From Craspedostauros australis (taxonomy: Eukaryota), in contig JALAGF010005545.1 of the NCBI GenBank assembly GCA_030167865.1, forward strand, positions 62,001-111,609: DNA of 49,609 bases. The letters are read 5' to 3'. The notes beneath the pieces were generated by a model. It was not told the DNA's origin, did not search any database, and was given only the letters and a program-made list of their open reading frames with translations. The position numbers and the translations under genes were made by a program. The stretch's first letter is position 1, and each line of letters opens with the position of its first letter. Below are positions 1 through 12,641 of the stretch, piece by piece.

Positions 1-4
1 GATT

Positions 5-16
5 TTTGGCGCGAAA
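5..16. promoter_or_regulatory. E2F-type double site TTTGGCGCGAAA upstream of the DNAJC9-like gene
   Basis: Matches TTTSSCGC on both strands, ~270 nt upstream of the ATG at 287. Confidence 0.4.
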
Positions 17-286
17 ATTGGCAGCACGCCAAACATCCAACACAAAAACATGCTTGCGCCGCACTGCACCCACATCACGCACGTCGCAAAGAACCACCCT
101 CTCGGATTCCTTGTGATTGAGAGATCCGTAACTTGAGAAACGCAAAGCAAATCCGACAAATCAATCAATCAATCAATTCAGGAGATACTTCAGAAAGTAA
201 CCGAGGACGCAAGCAGACAACCGCAGAAGGTACATCAAACACGACACCAGTGCAGCCGTCACAACAGCAGTCGGAACAGCACCAGG

Positions 287-1399
287 ATGAGCGGCATACT
301 GGAACAGGCCTTCGGTTCACGGTCGGTGGATCTGTACAGCGACGTCCTGTGCGTGTCACGCGATGCCAACAACGCCCAGCTGCGCAAGGCCTTCTACAAG
401 CAAGCCCTGAAGTACCATCCCGACAAGAACTCATCCGAAGAAGCCAAGACCAAATTCCAGGCCATCTCCTGGTCATACGATCTCCTCAAGGATGCGGGCA
501 AACGAGCCGAGTACGATCGGACGGGGCATCTGCCATCGGAGGATTGCGACTTCGGTGACGATGACGACATGAATTCCAAGCCGAATGCATGGAAGGAGTA
601 CTTCGACACGATATTCGGCAAGCTGTCGACCGATGATATCGATAGTTTCGCCATGAAGTACAAGATGAGCGATGAAGAGGAGAAGGACGTGCTCGAGAAT
701 TACAACAAATTCAAGGGCAACTTCGTCATGATGCTGGGATTCGTCATGCTGAGTGAAGAAAGGGATGTCCAGCGATGGGTGGAGGATTACATCCAGCCAG
801 CGATCGATGCCGGCACTATTCAGGACTTTCCTGATGCGATTGCCAAGAGCAGGAAGAAGATCCAAAAGAAGCTGGACGCGGCAAGGAAGAAGCAAGCCAA
901 GGAAGAGGCAGAGGAACAAATGGATGACGAGGAGGAGGAGGGTTCTGCGGCAGCCGCTGTCGCCGCCGAGACCGCAGATGACACCATGACCGAGTCCGAA
1001 GACTCAGACAGCGGAATCAATCGACGGGACAGCAAGAGCAAGTCCAAATCAGCAAATGTCAAGGTCAAACAGCCGAGTGCGAAAAACAAAAACAAAACCG
1101 TGAAGAAGGCCAAGCCCACCAAGTCAAAAGTCAAGCAATCCGCCGCCAGCAGCAGCAGCAGCAGCAGCAATAGTATTGCCAAGAAGAAGTCGAAGACGAC
1201 AACAACAAAGAGGAAGAAAGCAGCACCATCGAGCCAGGCAGACCTCATCGCCGCTATTCGAAATAAGAATCGAGGTGGGACCAACCCATTGGCTTCTCTG
1301 GGAGCCCGGTACGGCGTCGCGATGGATGATGATGATCCGTTGGATGACGCTGCGTTTGCCAAGATACAGTCACGCCTCGGAAAGAAGAAGAGGAAATAA
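287..1399 (+). CDS. DNAJC9: J-domain co-chaperone, DNAJC9-like
   Basis: N-terminal J domain with HPD (ALKYHPDKN), DNAJC9-type middle region (YKMSDEEEKDVLENYNKFKG), Lys-rich tail; single exon. Confidence 0.85.
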   Translation: MSGILEQAFGSRSVDLYSDVLCVSRDANNAQLRKAFYKQALKYHPDKNSSEEAKTKFQAISWSYDLLKDAGKRAEYDRTGHLPSEDCDFGDDDDMNSKPNAWKEYFDTIFGKLSTDDIDSFAMKYKMSDEEEKDVLENYNKFKGNFVMMLGFVMLSEERDVQRWVEDYIQPAIDAGTIQDFPDAIAKSRKKIQKKLDAARKKQAKEEAEEQMDDEEEEGSAAAAVAAETADDTMTESEDSDSGINRRDSKSKSKSANVKVKQPSAKNKNKTVKKAKPTKSKVKQSAASSSSSSSNSIAKKKSKTTTTKRKKAAPSSQADLIAAIRNKNRGGTNPLASLGARYGVAMDDDDPLDDAAFAKIQSRLGKKKRK

Positions 1400-2139
1400 A
1401 GAGGGAACAAGAGCTTACTGGTGGCGGGGAAAGAAGGGAAGATCATGTAGGGCGAGAAGAGTAGATTATTGGAACCTCGAGTACGTACGGTGCTTACAAG
1501 GCACAAGACTTATTTTCTGGCCAACGTAGCTAAGATGCATACTCGTACCATACGACCAACCTACATATCTCGAGAGAAACAGTGAATTACATGAAGCTTC
1601 CTCCGTTGCTGACTCTTCCACTCTGCAAATAATAGATATTCTCAGCATGACGCTGCTCTATCGACGGACACGCAGGTCATTTACATACCTACTCCAGTAC
1701 ATACGTTCTCCCTTTGTAGACTACTTGTCTCGAGTTCGATCGGGCTGCAAATACTGAACACACAGTGGCGTTCTTCGTTGCAAATCAACGCATTACTCCA
1801 GCTCTGCCATCGTGCCCATGCACACGAACAGAAGCATCAGCAAAAGCAGAGAATGTTGGTAATCATCAACTATTCCATGCTGCGCACGTGTGCTTACTTG
1901 TATGTCGCGTGTCCAGCCCCAGACGAAGCGAATCCGTACGAGAGTTGTTGGCATCCCCCTTCAATGAACGCATGTACGCACGCTTGATCTTTTGAATTTG
2001 ATTTCCCCTCATACTCCGCTACACGCACGAATAGAATAGAACATGAGTACAGGAGAGGAGTGTGTTGCATGTGCAGCAGCACCACACGTATCATTTTCAT
2101 GCCATACCCGAAGCTTTGGCTTCGTTTACTCCACCTAAC

Positions 2140-4547
2140 CTACATCAACATGTGCGGGAAGAAGGTGTTGAGAACGGACACAGAACCACCGGCGATGACC
2201 GCGAGAGCACCGAAACCCACGAGGAAGCGGCACAGCCACTTCTCAAGTCGTTGCGACCTCATCAGTTGCCCCTTCTTGGCCACGTCTCCCAGATGCGACA
2301 AGAAGAGCAAGGCCGGGAAGATGAAGACGATGGCCGAGCCCATCACGGCGCCGTTGAAGCCGATCACGAAACCGGCGTTCTTCAGCACCAGCGAGCACGA
2401 AACGAGGAGACCAAGTATTATCTTGGTGACCTTTCGCTCGTCGACCTTGCCAGGTCTGCCCTTGGCCGCCTGCCTCTTGTTGAGGAGCACCATGGCCTCG
2501 CTGCGGCAGCCCCGGAAGACGAATGGGAAACCGCCGATTACGTTGACGGCCATGATCATACGGCAGAACGTGGCGAGCGTGTCCATGGAGGAGTAGTTGT
2601 TGAGCATGATGCCCATGGAGTTTCCACCGAAGGTGAGGAAACCTAGCGCCATGATCGATGCGTTGATGACTGCGATGGCGGAGAAGGCGTTGGCGGTGAC
2701 CTTGATATAGTCCGCCATTGCCTTGGTTCCTGCCTTCAAGTTCGCTGCTGCTTTTGCTGCTACTGCTGCTTCATCTGGCTGCTCGCCTTCAACAGCGGTC
2801 ATTGCATTGCTCGCACTGTCGTCACCCTTCAGAGTGTGATAGAAGTCAGGTGCGGAAAAGTGTCCCAAGAAGGACGTTGCGGCCATACCACCGATGATGA
2901 GGTTAGCCGGATGCAAGGCTCCCTTGTTGAATGTGTTGAACTGCGGCAATTGACTGGATGCGAGCGACGCCAAGAATTTTCCACCGGCCATCATGGAGTA
3001 CGGCGATGACGGGTTGATTGCTGGACACCGGAACCCGATGAACACGGCCGTGAAGACGATCGCGAAGACACCAACCAAGGACATTGGTGCAAGCGCCGCC
3101 AACGATTGTAGGTTGCACAACGGTAACAGAACCGTGGCAGCCAGCACCGGTACCCAGAGTGCGCGCGAGGCCAGAATTCCGCCGGAAGCACCAGCAACCT
3201 GCGCGAAGGACTCGGTGATGTCACCAAGCAAGATCGTGAAGGACAGCGTGGATCCGAAGCAGAACACCATCGCCGCCACCGAGATGATCCATGACGAGGA
3301 CTTGCTCTTTTGGCGTTCCCAGATCTCTCCCAACGACTTGGCCTGTGTGAGATGCACCAAACGTCCGTACAATGCAAATGTGTAGGCAGAGAGCCCGCCC
3401 AGGAGGCAAATCACGCTGATTGAGGGAATGAGACTGTGATCGTCGTGATGAATGGCACGAATGTGTCATTTGCAATGGTCGTAGAGATTTCCATTGTTGT
3501 CGTCATTGTGTCCGCGATCGTGGCGGTCGTTGTTGTCGTTGTCGTTATCGTCGTCACCAACGTCACAATATTGCAAAAGCATCGTGCACAGATGAACAGC
3601 CACGGAATCGCAGAATTCCGGAAAAGACGGGGGTTGTCAGAATTTGATTTATTTTCGTTGGGCATCAGGCATCAGCATGGACGACGAAACGAGAGGCAAA
3701 GCGCATGAGCATGGCATGTGCATGAGAAGGAGTGGAGCGTTGAATGAAGGAGGAAAGCGAGGGGATTTGAATTGAGGATGGGTGTGAGAAGGAGAAAAAG
3801 ATGTGCGAGATGCAGGCCGAAGTTGTGCATACGTGTGTGAAGTTTTTGGAGGGCGCAAGCAGTGCAAGTGCAAGCAGTGCAAGCGCAAGTGCAAGCGCAA
3901 GTGCAAGTGCAAGTGCAGAGTCGCAGAAGAATCTGCTTAAGTCTTTGCACCATGGCGAACCGAATGTGCCATACTTACGCCATGGGAGAATCAGTGACAG
4001 CGGCGAGTCCAGATGGAAGGGCAAGCATTCCACATCCGATGACTGCCTTGATCAAGTTGAATGTGGACGATGCGACGAGGTTCTTGGCCTCCGGTGCTTT
4101 TGTCTCCACCTCTGCCTGCGTCACAGTTGTTTGCGGCAAGGTGGCGATCTGCAGCTCCTGTGGCTGCTCCTGCTGTCGTCCCGGCTGTTGCTGTCCCTGC
4201 TGTTGGTACTGTGCAGCGATAGAAACGCTGACATCGGAGCCGGCAGTACTGCCGTCGCTGGCATCACCATCCCACGAAGACTCAGAAGGCGCGACAAATG
4301 ACGCGCCGAGACTGGTCGTCGTTGATGGCGGTCTTGGCCCACGCGAAGTGGTCGATGGTGGAGGCAGCCTACCGCTGATGGATGGCTTTTGCACCTTCGA
4401 CGGCAGAACATTGGTTCTATCATGATGATGGTTGCGGATGCTAGAGTGCGCAAGTCCTTTGGCTGCGTTGTGCAGTTGGTTGCAATGCAAGACCAACAGG
4501 AATAGGATGATCTTGCATGTCGCAAGCGTGTGGAATTTGGTCATCAT
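2140..4547 (-). CDS. Amino-acid transporter (Aa_trans/SLC38-like); exons 4547-3979 and 3433-2140
   Basis: SSTFNLIKAVIGCGMLALPSG motif; GTAAG donor at 3978 and CAG acceptor at 3434 join in frame (phase 2); many TM helices; hydrophobic N-terminal leader. Confidence 0.85.
3855..3917. repeat. (GCAAGT/GCAAGC)n hexamer microsatellite in the transporter intron
   Basis: Visible imperfect tandem repeat. Confidence 0.8.
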
Positions 4548-6435
4548 CTTCGCTGATTCGTTTTGTTGTGGTGAGTACGAGTAGAGAGAACTGTATGTGT
4601 TCTGCTGTTCTGTTGTTCTGCTGTGCGATTGTATTGTTCTATGATATCGTCGAGTGTGTGATTCCAAGAGGAGAGGAGAGATGGATGAAGCGATCCGAGA
4701 ATCTGTGGATCAGAGGGCCGTTGCTGGTTGGATTGGTGAGTCAATCCAGTGCTGCGCTGTCCTGTGGTGTCCTGTGGTGTCTTGTGATCCGATGTGGCTT
4801 GCAATCCGATGCGGTGTGAGATCCGGTGATGCAACGACGATGGCTGCAAACTGATTGATGTGTTGCTTGCCGCTGTTGATGCCAATGCCGACGCAGACGA
4901 TTTTCTTCTTTCTCTTGACTATTTGTGCGATGTGATGCTGTCACCGCTGGTACTGTTGTTTTTGCTGTGGGATCGTCAATGCAACGACTCCTGATCGAGG
5001 CGCGGCTGGGAAGCAGGTAGAAAGAAGAAAAGTGGACGATGGATGAAGGTCAGGGGAGCCCAAGTTGATGGAGACAGATTCGGCAGCATCGGCACACCAA
5101 GAGAGGAATCGCAGAATCGTGCGTTGACAGTCGGAATTTGTGGGAGTCAAAAGACCAGCCGCCAGATGCTGTTTCGTGTCAGCCACATCAAGCAGATGTG
5201 TGTCTCTGGTTTGTCCGTCGCAGACGATCACAGCAAACCGGAGGGCACAGCACGTCACACGGTGATGATGTTGTGATGACGTGATCATGAACCGAGGATG
5301 GATTGAGTCTGCTTGATCAATTCATGTGAAGCAATCGAACGACTCAGTCGTTCCGGCTGGTATTAAATGGGACCTCTCATGGCGATGAAGACGTCGAATT
5401 GCCCAACGACGAGCTCCCACCATTGTTTGGTCTTGGTGTGGGAGGCTGTTCTTGTAAACTCTTTGAACCGTGTCGACGCGAGAAGTCCATTTTTGTCGCT
5501 GCGCTGGATTGGGGCACATCGGCAGAAGCGACGCGCCTCTTTTGGTTGGTTCGGATTCGGCCTTGTCACAAGGCGGACATCTGCCAGACGGGTCTTTTCT
5601 TCGAAATGACAGATGACCTTCGAGTCTTCTTGAATTCTGCGTTTGTGTTCTGTAAGTCGCGGCGAATGGATATACTTGTTAGCTTTGGCAGTGTTGTGCG
5701 GGCTTGAAAAAAGCAATCCAACAAACAGACATACATATAGACAAAGCAAGATGTTTGGTTGAAACTGACAGACATAACATTGCGATACGGTCCAGTGGGT
5801 CAACTGTCTTGTCGCGATGTTGTGTTTTTGTGTCGATCCATCTCGTTCGACACTGTTCATTCGCATTCGAATTGGTTCCGAAATCGTCGCACTTTTTGCT
5901 CTCACAAATCTTCGCGAACTCCTCTTTCTTTGCTCACAAAATCGAAGTTCAACCAATCCAAATCAATTGGATAGATCTCCAACAAGCAAGTAAACATCAC
6001 AAGTCATAGCACCGCAAGAGGTACCTCTCTCTGCCTTGGGTACATAAGCACCAACAGAGGTGTAAGCCGGAGCTCGAGGTCGAACAGCGCCACGCTCTTG
6101 CCAGCACTCCATCGCGGTGCCGTGTGAGCTGAAACCGCACATTGGCCCATAACCAGTTGACGTACGTCAATCAAGATCAGCACGAGCGCCGAACGTTGAA
6201 CAGTTGCCATCGCGAATCAACACGATTGATGCCAACGAAACAACGAAGGAACGAAACAACGAACGAGCCATCAAACATCATGCACGCAATCAGCAACGAA
6301 GAAGATCCAAACTGCGTCCTGCGAGCCCGACAGGTGACGTTCTGTCCTCCTCCGCTGCACTTCACCTTGCGCTCTGTATTCGCAACCACCATCCCATCCG
6401 AACACTCCGCTGCTGAAGCTGCCATAAATCAACAT

Positions 6436-6491
6436 CAACGCAGTACCAACGCAGTACCAACGCAGTGCCAACTCAGTGCCAACGCAGTATC
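6436..6491. repeat. Five copies of an 11-bp unit (CAACGCAGTRC) upstream of glutathione reductase
   Basis: caacgcagtac caacgcagtac caacgcagtgc caactcagtgc caacgcagtat. Confidence 0.8.
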
Positions 6492-6627
6492 AGTATCAAC
6501 AGCAACAGCAGTTGAACGACAAGGCAGCATATCAGCGCACCTCGTCTGCACGCAGCCACTACCCCCACTTCCAGCACCTTCGCAAGCAACCTCGAAAGCA
6601 AGCAACCGTCCGTCTTCGTCACACGCG

Positions 6628-8316
6628 ATGCGATTCACTATCATGTTCACTGCTGCGTGCCTCAGCCTCGGCCGCCGAGCGGCATCTGGCTTCACCGTTT
6701 CCGCGACTTCGACCGCCTCCGCATTCGTGCCTGCGTTAGCCCAGGCGCACAGGACCGGACTGCGCTCCTCCGTGGCCGCCTTCGTGGACAGCCGACAGCG
6801 CACCCGTGGCAGCGCCATGCAGATGTCTTCCGACGCAGGCGGCGAGTTTGACTATGACTACTTCGTGATCGGCGCCGGATCCGGCGGCATCGCATCGGCC
6901 CGACGTGCCGCGACCTACGGCGCCAAGGTGGCCGTCGTCGAGAAGGCACGCCTCGGCGGAACCTGCGTCAATGTGGGCTGCGTGCCAAAGAAGGTCATGT
7001 GGAACGCCGCCTCCATCGCCGAGACCCTGCACGACATGCACCACTACGGCTTCCAGAGCAACGACGATTCCATCTCGTTCGACTGGTCCCTCATCAAAAA
7101 GTCGAGGGACAAGTACATTGAGCGTTTGAACGGAATCTACGACCGCAACCTGGGCAACTCCGACGTCACCAAGATCCTCGGAGCCGCCGCTCTCGGCGAT
7201 GATGCAAACACCGTCGTTGTCACCGATGCTGATGGCAAGACTCAGACCTTCACCGCGAAGAACATTCTCATCGCCACCGGAGGCAAGCCGGTCTTCCCAG
7301 AGGGCGAGGGCATCAAGGAGCACTCCATCTCCTCCGATGGATTCTTCGAGCTCGAGGATCTGCCAACCAAGGCGGTCGTCGTCGGAGCAGGTTACATCGC
7401 CGTGGAGCTCGCAGGAGTCCTGCAGGCCTTGGGCACCGACACCCAGCTCGTCGTCAGGAAGGAGGGCGCCCTCCGAAGCTTCGATGAAATCCTCAAGTCC
7501 ACCCTCGACGAGGAGATGCAGAGACAGGGGATCCAGGTTATCCGCCACACCGACGGAGTATCAAAGATCACCGAGGAGGGTGGCTTGAAGACCGTCCACT
7601 TGAACAACGGAGAAAAGATCGAGGGCGCTGACGTCGTCCTCATGGCTCCAGGCCGCGTGCCGCTCGTCGACACTCTCAACCTGCAGGGACGCGGCGTCGA
7701 GCAGAAGGCCGGCGGTTACATCTCCGTCAACGACTACTCCGAGACCACCGCCGATGGCGTCTTTGCCCTTGGTGATGTCATCGGAGAGGTCGAACTGACG
7801 CCAACAGCCATCGCAGCCGGACGACGCCTAGCCGACCGTCTCTTCGGACCGGAGCAGTACAAGGACGCGAAGGTTTCCTACGACCTCGTCCCAACAGTCG
7901 TCTTCTCCCACCCACCGATCGGAACCATCGGCCTCAGCGAGGAGGCCGCTGTCGAGAAGTACGGCGAGGACAACATCAAGGTCTACCGATCCAAGTTCGC
8001 CAACCTGTACTACGGACCATGGCAGGTGGAGGCAGATGACAAGCCAAAGACTGCCATGAAGTTGATCTGCGCAGGCGAAGAGGAGCTCGTCGTCGGCCTT
8101 CACGTCATTGGCATGGGCGCCGATGAGATGCTGCAAGGATTCGGTATCGCCATGAAGATGGGTGCCACCAAGGCCGACTTTGATGCCACCGTCGCCATCC
8201 ACCCAACCGCGTCAGAGGAATTCGTCACAATGTTCCCATGGGGACTCTCGAAGCAGGATAGCGGAGCCATCCAGAGTCCGCTCAACGGCGCTGCAATTCC
8301 TGAACCCAAAAAGTAG
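6628..8316 (+). CDS. GSR: Glutathione reductase, probably plastid-targeted
   Basis: GAGSGG FAD motif, [13 protein letters not shown] redox disulfide, [16 protein letters not shown]; presequence from MRFTIMF with ASAF motif. Confidence 0.95.
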   Translation: MRFTIMFTAACLSLGRRAASGFTVSATSTASAFVPALAQAHRTGLRSSVAAFVDSRQRTRGSAMQMSSDAGGEFDYDYFVIGAGSGGIASARRAATYGAKVAVVEKARLGGTCVNVGCVPKKVMWNAASIAETLHDMHHYGFQSNDDSISFDWSLIKKSRDKYIERLNGIYDRNLGNSDVTKILGAAALGDDANTVVVTDADGKTQTFTAKNILIATGGKPVFPEGEGIKEHSISSDGFFELEDLPTKAVVVGAGYIAVELAGVLQALGTDTQLVVRKEGALRSFDEILKSTLDEEMQRQGIQVIRHTDGVSKITEEGGLKTVHLNNGEKIEGADVVLMAPGRVPLVDTLNLQGRGVEQKAGGYISVNDYSETTADGVFALGDVIGEVELTPTAIAAGRRLADRLFGPEQYKDAKVSYDLVPTVVFSHPPIGTIGLSEEAAVEKYGEDNIKVYRSKFANLYYGPWQVEADDKPKTAMKLICAGEEELVVGLHVIGMGADEMLQGFGIAMKMGATKADFDATVAIHPTASEEFVTMFPWGLSKQDSGAIQSPLNGAAIPEPKK

Positions 8317-8634
8317 AATTCGAGTTGATCAGCGCAGCGCATACCGTCTCCCACCGACTCACGCCACCAAACACTCCTGATGAAAACGAAAAAAGAACAA
8401 CAACCCGAGACCAACCGTATGGTGCATCACGCCCTGCGCAGCTAAGTCGTATCACTTGCATACACGTAAATAGGGGATTGGCGCATTAAATAGCAAAACA
8501 ATACTCTAGCTCGCTTCCAACCGCAACAGACCAAATTTGATGATGCAGGATTGCGTTGCTGTAATTGTTGTTGCGGTAGCATTTCTAGATCTGTCGTATT
8601 TGCTGCGTGACCCAGCCACAGCATGTGTCAATAG

Positions 8635-9083
8635 AATGCTGACAGTCAACAGGCATGAGCGTGTGGTATGGTATAGTACTTGCGATACTCACATGGAGGG
8701 CAGAGAACAGAGCAGGAATGTAAAAGATGACACCATACCTTGTGCAGCAAAAGATAACTATGAAGAGAGGAAGGAGACGATTCGGCAACATACCACGAGT
8801 TCTCGAGTAACAATTGCGCGTTGATGCAAAAAGTGGAAGTGCCCCCAAACAGGATCGAACTGTTGACCTTCAGCTGACTCTTTGTTGTGATTATGAGACT
8901 GACGCTCTGCCTACTGAGCTATAGGGGCGCTTCTTGTCGTTCTTGTTGCCATAATAATGTATATATTATTGCAAATATGCATGAATGCATGATGAGAGGA
9001 CTCAAGACAGGTTGGTCGAATCTCGTGATGTCGCCAACACAAGTTGCCAGGCCTTTCACTCAATCCATTGGGTGCTGTTGCAC
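8635..9083. repeat. Left arm of ~449-bp inverted repeat
   Basis: Reverse complement of 9480-9928; 8765-9002 is identical to 9561-9798. Confidence 0.9.
8840..8928 (-). tRNA. tRNA-Met(CAT), elongator type, 16-nt intron
   Basis: Exact reverse complement of 9635-9723; T5 terminator follows. Confidence 0.92.
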
Positions 9084-9479
9084 GTGCTTGGTGGACACTG
9101 ATCCGAATAACTACTTGGATCGACACCGCACTCTGTCTAAAACCGGAGCAGCCTTCCGGCGGTTGTGTGCCGCCTCGGGGCCATTCACCGCCTGTTCATG
9201 CCCCAGAGGCATGAAATAAGTTCCTGCGCCAATTGTGGCGGGGATATCGCAAGGCGATTGAGGATAACTATTGTACACACACCCATCTAGATCCCTTCGA
9301 CGCGCCACTTGTGATGATCCATCCTTTCTCAGCTTCCCACCAGGATGACCTGCACACTGTATGTACACAGTTTCCAGTGCATCAAAACGACAGGAGTAAC
9401 AGCACGAGCGCTGCTCCAAACGACAACTGAATGAGGGAGCAGCACTTCTCTCTTTCGAAAGACATGATAAGCTATTCCG

Positions 9480-9928
9480 GTGCAACCACATTCAATAGAG
9501 CGAGCGAGAGGCCTGGCAACTTGTGTCGGCGACATCACGAGATTCGACCAACCTGTCTTAAGTCCTCTCATCATGCATTCATGCATATTTGCAATAATAT
9601 ATACATTATTATGGCAACAAGAACGACAAGAAGCGCCCCTATAGCTCAGTAGGCAGAGCGTCAGTCTCATAATCACAACAAAGAGTCAGCTGAAGGTCAA
9701 CAGTTCGATCCTGTTTGGGGGCACTTCCACTTTTTGCATCAACGCGCAATTGTTACTCGAGAACTCGTGGTATGTTGCCGAATCGTCTCCTTCCTCTCCT
9801 CGTAGTTATCTTTTGCTGCACGATCTATGGTGTCATCTTTTGCATTCCTGCTCTGTTCTCTGCCCCACATACGAGTATCGCAAGTACCATACCATACCAC
9901 ACGCTCATGCCTGTTGACACTCAACATT
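9480..9928. repeat. Right arm of ~449-bp inverted repeat
   Basis: Reverse complement of 8635-9083. Confidence 0.9.
9635..9723 (+). tRNA. tRNA-Met(CAT), elongator type, intron 9672-9687
   Basis: Acceptor stem GCCCCTA/TGGGGGC, D arm GCTC/GAGC, anticodon arm TCAGT-CT-CAT-A[intron]A-GCTGA, T arm AACAG-TTCGATC-CTGTT; TTTTT at 9731-9735. Confidence 0.92.
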
Positions 9929-10206
9929 GTAAAAATACCACATGCGAGGGTATCTGCATCCACTCGACGCAACAACGGCGCTCATTGGTGAACCTCCAAA
10001 ACTCACGTTTGGAATCACCAGCAATGCATCTGGAACAAGAAGGAGCAGTTCGGATTCAGATCTGTTGGCGGGATGTTCTCGCGCACACTGTTCGCCCCAA
10101 ACAGGAACCACAGGAAAAGCCGGAGAAGGGGAAGCCGTCACAACATCGCCGACCATTCCCCAATCAAGCCCATCCATCTTTCTCCAATCTACTGTATTAC
10201 CTACCA

Positions 10207-10566
10207 ATGAAGATCATGCAACTTACCGCATCCCAACGATCCAAAGTGACGCCATTTCAGGCCAAGGTCCTCGACGCTCTCCTGCGCATCCCGGAAGGCA
10301 AGGTGACCACGTACAAGGAGCTGGCGTCGGCGATCCATTGCGGATCCAACCAGGCCGTGGGTCAGGCATTGCGCAAGAATCCATTCTCTCCGGAAGTGCC
10401 GTGTCATCGCGTCGTCAAGACAGACCTGACGTTGGGTGGGTACGGCGGGTCATTCCTCAAGGCCGACAAGAAGCGGAAGAGGTTGGAACTAGAGGGGGTG
10501 GTGTTTGGAGAAAATAGCAAGGGCAAGACGATTGTCGATGACTCCTGCATATTCAGATTCGATTGA
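10207..10566 (+). CDS. MGMT: O6-methylguanine-DNA methyltransferase (single-domain AGT)
   Basis: FQAKV..IPEGKVTTYKELA..AVGQAL..NP..VPCHRVV active-site motif. The upstream part of the tracked ORF overlaps the tRNA repeat and is probably non-coding. Confidence 0.88.
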   Translation: MKIMQLTASQRSKVTPFQAKVLDALLRIPEGKVTTYKELASAIHCGSNQAVGQALRKNPFSPEVPCHRVVKTDLTLGGYGGSFLKADKKRKRLELEGVVFGENSKGKTIVDDSCIFRFD

Positions 10567-11054
10567 CTCGGTCGATCAGCCCAGCTCGTCCATTCCCCCT
10601 CTGCCAGGTCAAGGCATCAACGAGATGATATTGGGCATGGCACCACGCAGACTGATGGGTGACTTGAAGATCTGGCGTCGTATTGGTATGATACCGACGA
10701 GTATGCACCCCGTGCCACGTTAGCAGCGAGGGTCTCCGCCATACAAATTCAATTTCAGTGCCTTCCTCTGGAGACCAGCAAGCCACAGATCGTATGAGCA
10801 GCAACTGATAGTTACGCAGATGCATGGAGTAAATCGAAAACATGACTACGAGTACAGCATGTTTCTTCGTAGATTGCACAACAAGAGATAGCTCGCTTTC
10901 ATCCTCGTCCTACCGAAGGACGGCGTGCGCTGTTGCATGGTTGGGGGCGATGATGTCCTCGGTCTTCACTGAAGCTCTTTCGTTGTGACCAACCTGCTTA
11001 AAGTCCTCGTACTTGTGTTGGCCTCCAACTCGATTGAGAGATAGGGAGGATCAC

Positions 11055-11867
11055 CTATCGACGTTGCACGAAACCAGAAACGACATTCGCGATGCCGACA
11101 ACAGACTCTGCCCACAGCGGTTCCTCGGAGTACACGTCGATGTTCATGGCAAACGCCAACCTGGCCTCGACCAGACCTTCCTCCTTCTGCGCTTCCGTGA
11201 TCGCATCGCCCGCTTGATTGAGACCTTCGTAGATGGATTCGACATAATCCCTTCTGGTTTCGAATCCTGCCTTCTCCCAGTCAAAGTTGTAGTGGGTCGG
11301 AGCCTGCGGCAGCGCCAATGCCATTCGTGTGGGCGCACCCAACATCTGGCCGCCCATCAGATCCGCCAGGTACCGGCAGTAGGCATGTCCCAGCAATCGC
11401 ACGCCGCCCGTCTCTCGATCGGATCTGCCCGCATTCTCGATGGATTGCACGTATCGTCGTGTCGCATCCGAGTACGGCGGGATGGCAGCAACGTCCGATG
11501 TGGCAATGATCTTGGCATCCTGAAGATCTTTCACCAACGCCTGCGTGCGTCGCAGCACGTCTTGATGCTGCTCCCAGAACTTGCCGTTGGGGCTGTCCTT
11601 GGAGCATCGATCAAGCTCCAATTCCATTGTCGAGTAAACGCCGTGCATGCTGGTCGTGAAGCGTCCGTATCGTTCAGTAGATGCCATAGAAGACAGCGTA
11701 CCCATGCCGAAGATGCGCATATCGTGTGACTCCTTGAGAGTGGTGTCGAAGAGCTTTCCGAGGCTGCCCTCAACCTTGTTGGCTCTGGAGCGTTGGATGA
11801 TCTGCGTGGATTCGCTCTCGAGCGATCGTGCAGCGATTCTGCCGAGCTGTTTCCCAAACGATCCCAT
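11055..11867 (-). CDS. Heme oxygenase-like protein
   Basis: Candidate proximal His (LKESHD), distal helix LLGHAYCRYLADLMGGQML, C-terminal EARLAFAMNIDVY. Confidence 0.85.
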   Translation of the reverse strand: MGSFGKQLGRIAARSLESESTQIIQRSRANKVEGSLGKLFDTTLKESHDMRIFGMGTLSSMASTERYGRFTTSMHGVYSTMELELDRCSKDSPNGKFWEQHQDVLRRTQALVKDLQDAKIIATSDVAAIPPYSDATRRYVQSIENAGRSDRETGGVRLLGHAYCRYLADLMGGQMLGAPTRMALALPQAPTHYNFDWEKAGFETRRDYVESIYEGLNQAGDAITEAQKEEGLVEARLAFAMNIDVYSEEPLWAESVVGIANVVSGFVQRR

Positions 11868-12641
11868 GATGCAGTGTACGATCACTCGTATGGTGTGCGA
11901 TATTGAAAGGTTTGTGAGTGTGTGAATGTGTGAGTGCGTGTTGATGGGATTCTCTCTGGGAAGGGAGAGAGAGAGAATTACGAGAGTGTTGGATTGGTGG
12001 GAAATGCAGTGGCCTTGATGTATTGGAAGTGTGCATCCGCATGTATTGTATGATATGTAGTGGACCCTTCCGCAATGATTGTTACCTCTCTGTGGCAGAG
12101 CGGTGTCGAGTTTGGTGTGGTGTGTGTACAATTGTGTCGAAGAATGAAGAAAACAGAAAATGAGCTGGTCGGCAGCCACAAGCGAACCAATCAGCAAGGC
12201 GCATTGGAGATGAGGGTCCAGAGATTCCCAACTCTTGCGGAGTGCACCCGTGGAGTTGTTCTACCCAGGGGTACCTGCGACTATTCCTCATCTTACTATT
12301 CATGTGAACAGCCGTTCCAGGCAACGAAAGGAATGCTTTTTTAACGTATGATATCTCATTATAGCTTGCCTTCTTTTGGCTTCACTATTATCCGGGCATA
12401 AAATGCAAGTATGGACAAGCACTAACGACGACAAAACCTAGACGAATCAACGCCTGGATTGCTCTTCCAACAAGATGATGATAGCAGGAATCTCCGCCAG
12501 AGCGTGTCTTCTTCTCGTTCCATTGAAATTTACAATAGCTACCTGGGCGTGCAGATGTATCTGGGAGTCCAGAAACCTGCTCCATTCCGTCATGAATTCA
12601 GAGCGGGGGCTCCAAGCGCATTCAGATCCTCATGCTTCTGC

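Noticed and set aside
6436..6491. Short tandem repeats as a CRISPR-like array
   Set aside because: No spacers; eukaryotic context; simple minisatellite.
6142..6627. Long N-terminal extensions from non-ATG starts in the ORF track (also at 9715, 12197, 17585, 29699)
   Set aside because: UTR-like low-complexity sequence; better ATG starts lie downstream.
8887..9676. Near-identical ORF pair MIMRLTLCLLSY..
   Set aside because: Translations of the antisense tRNA genes and repeat arms.
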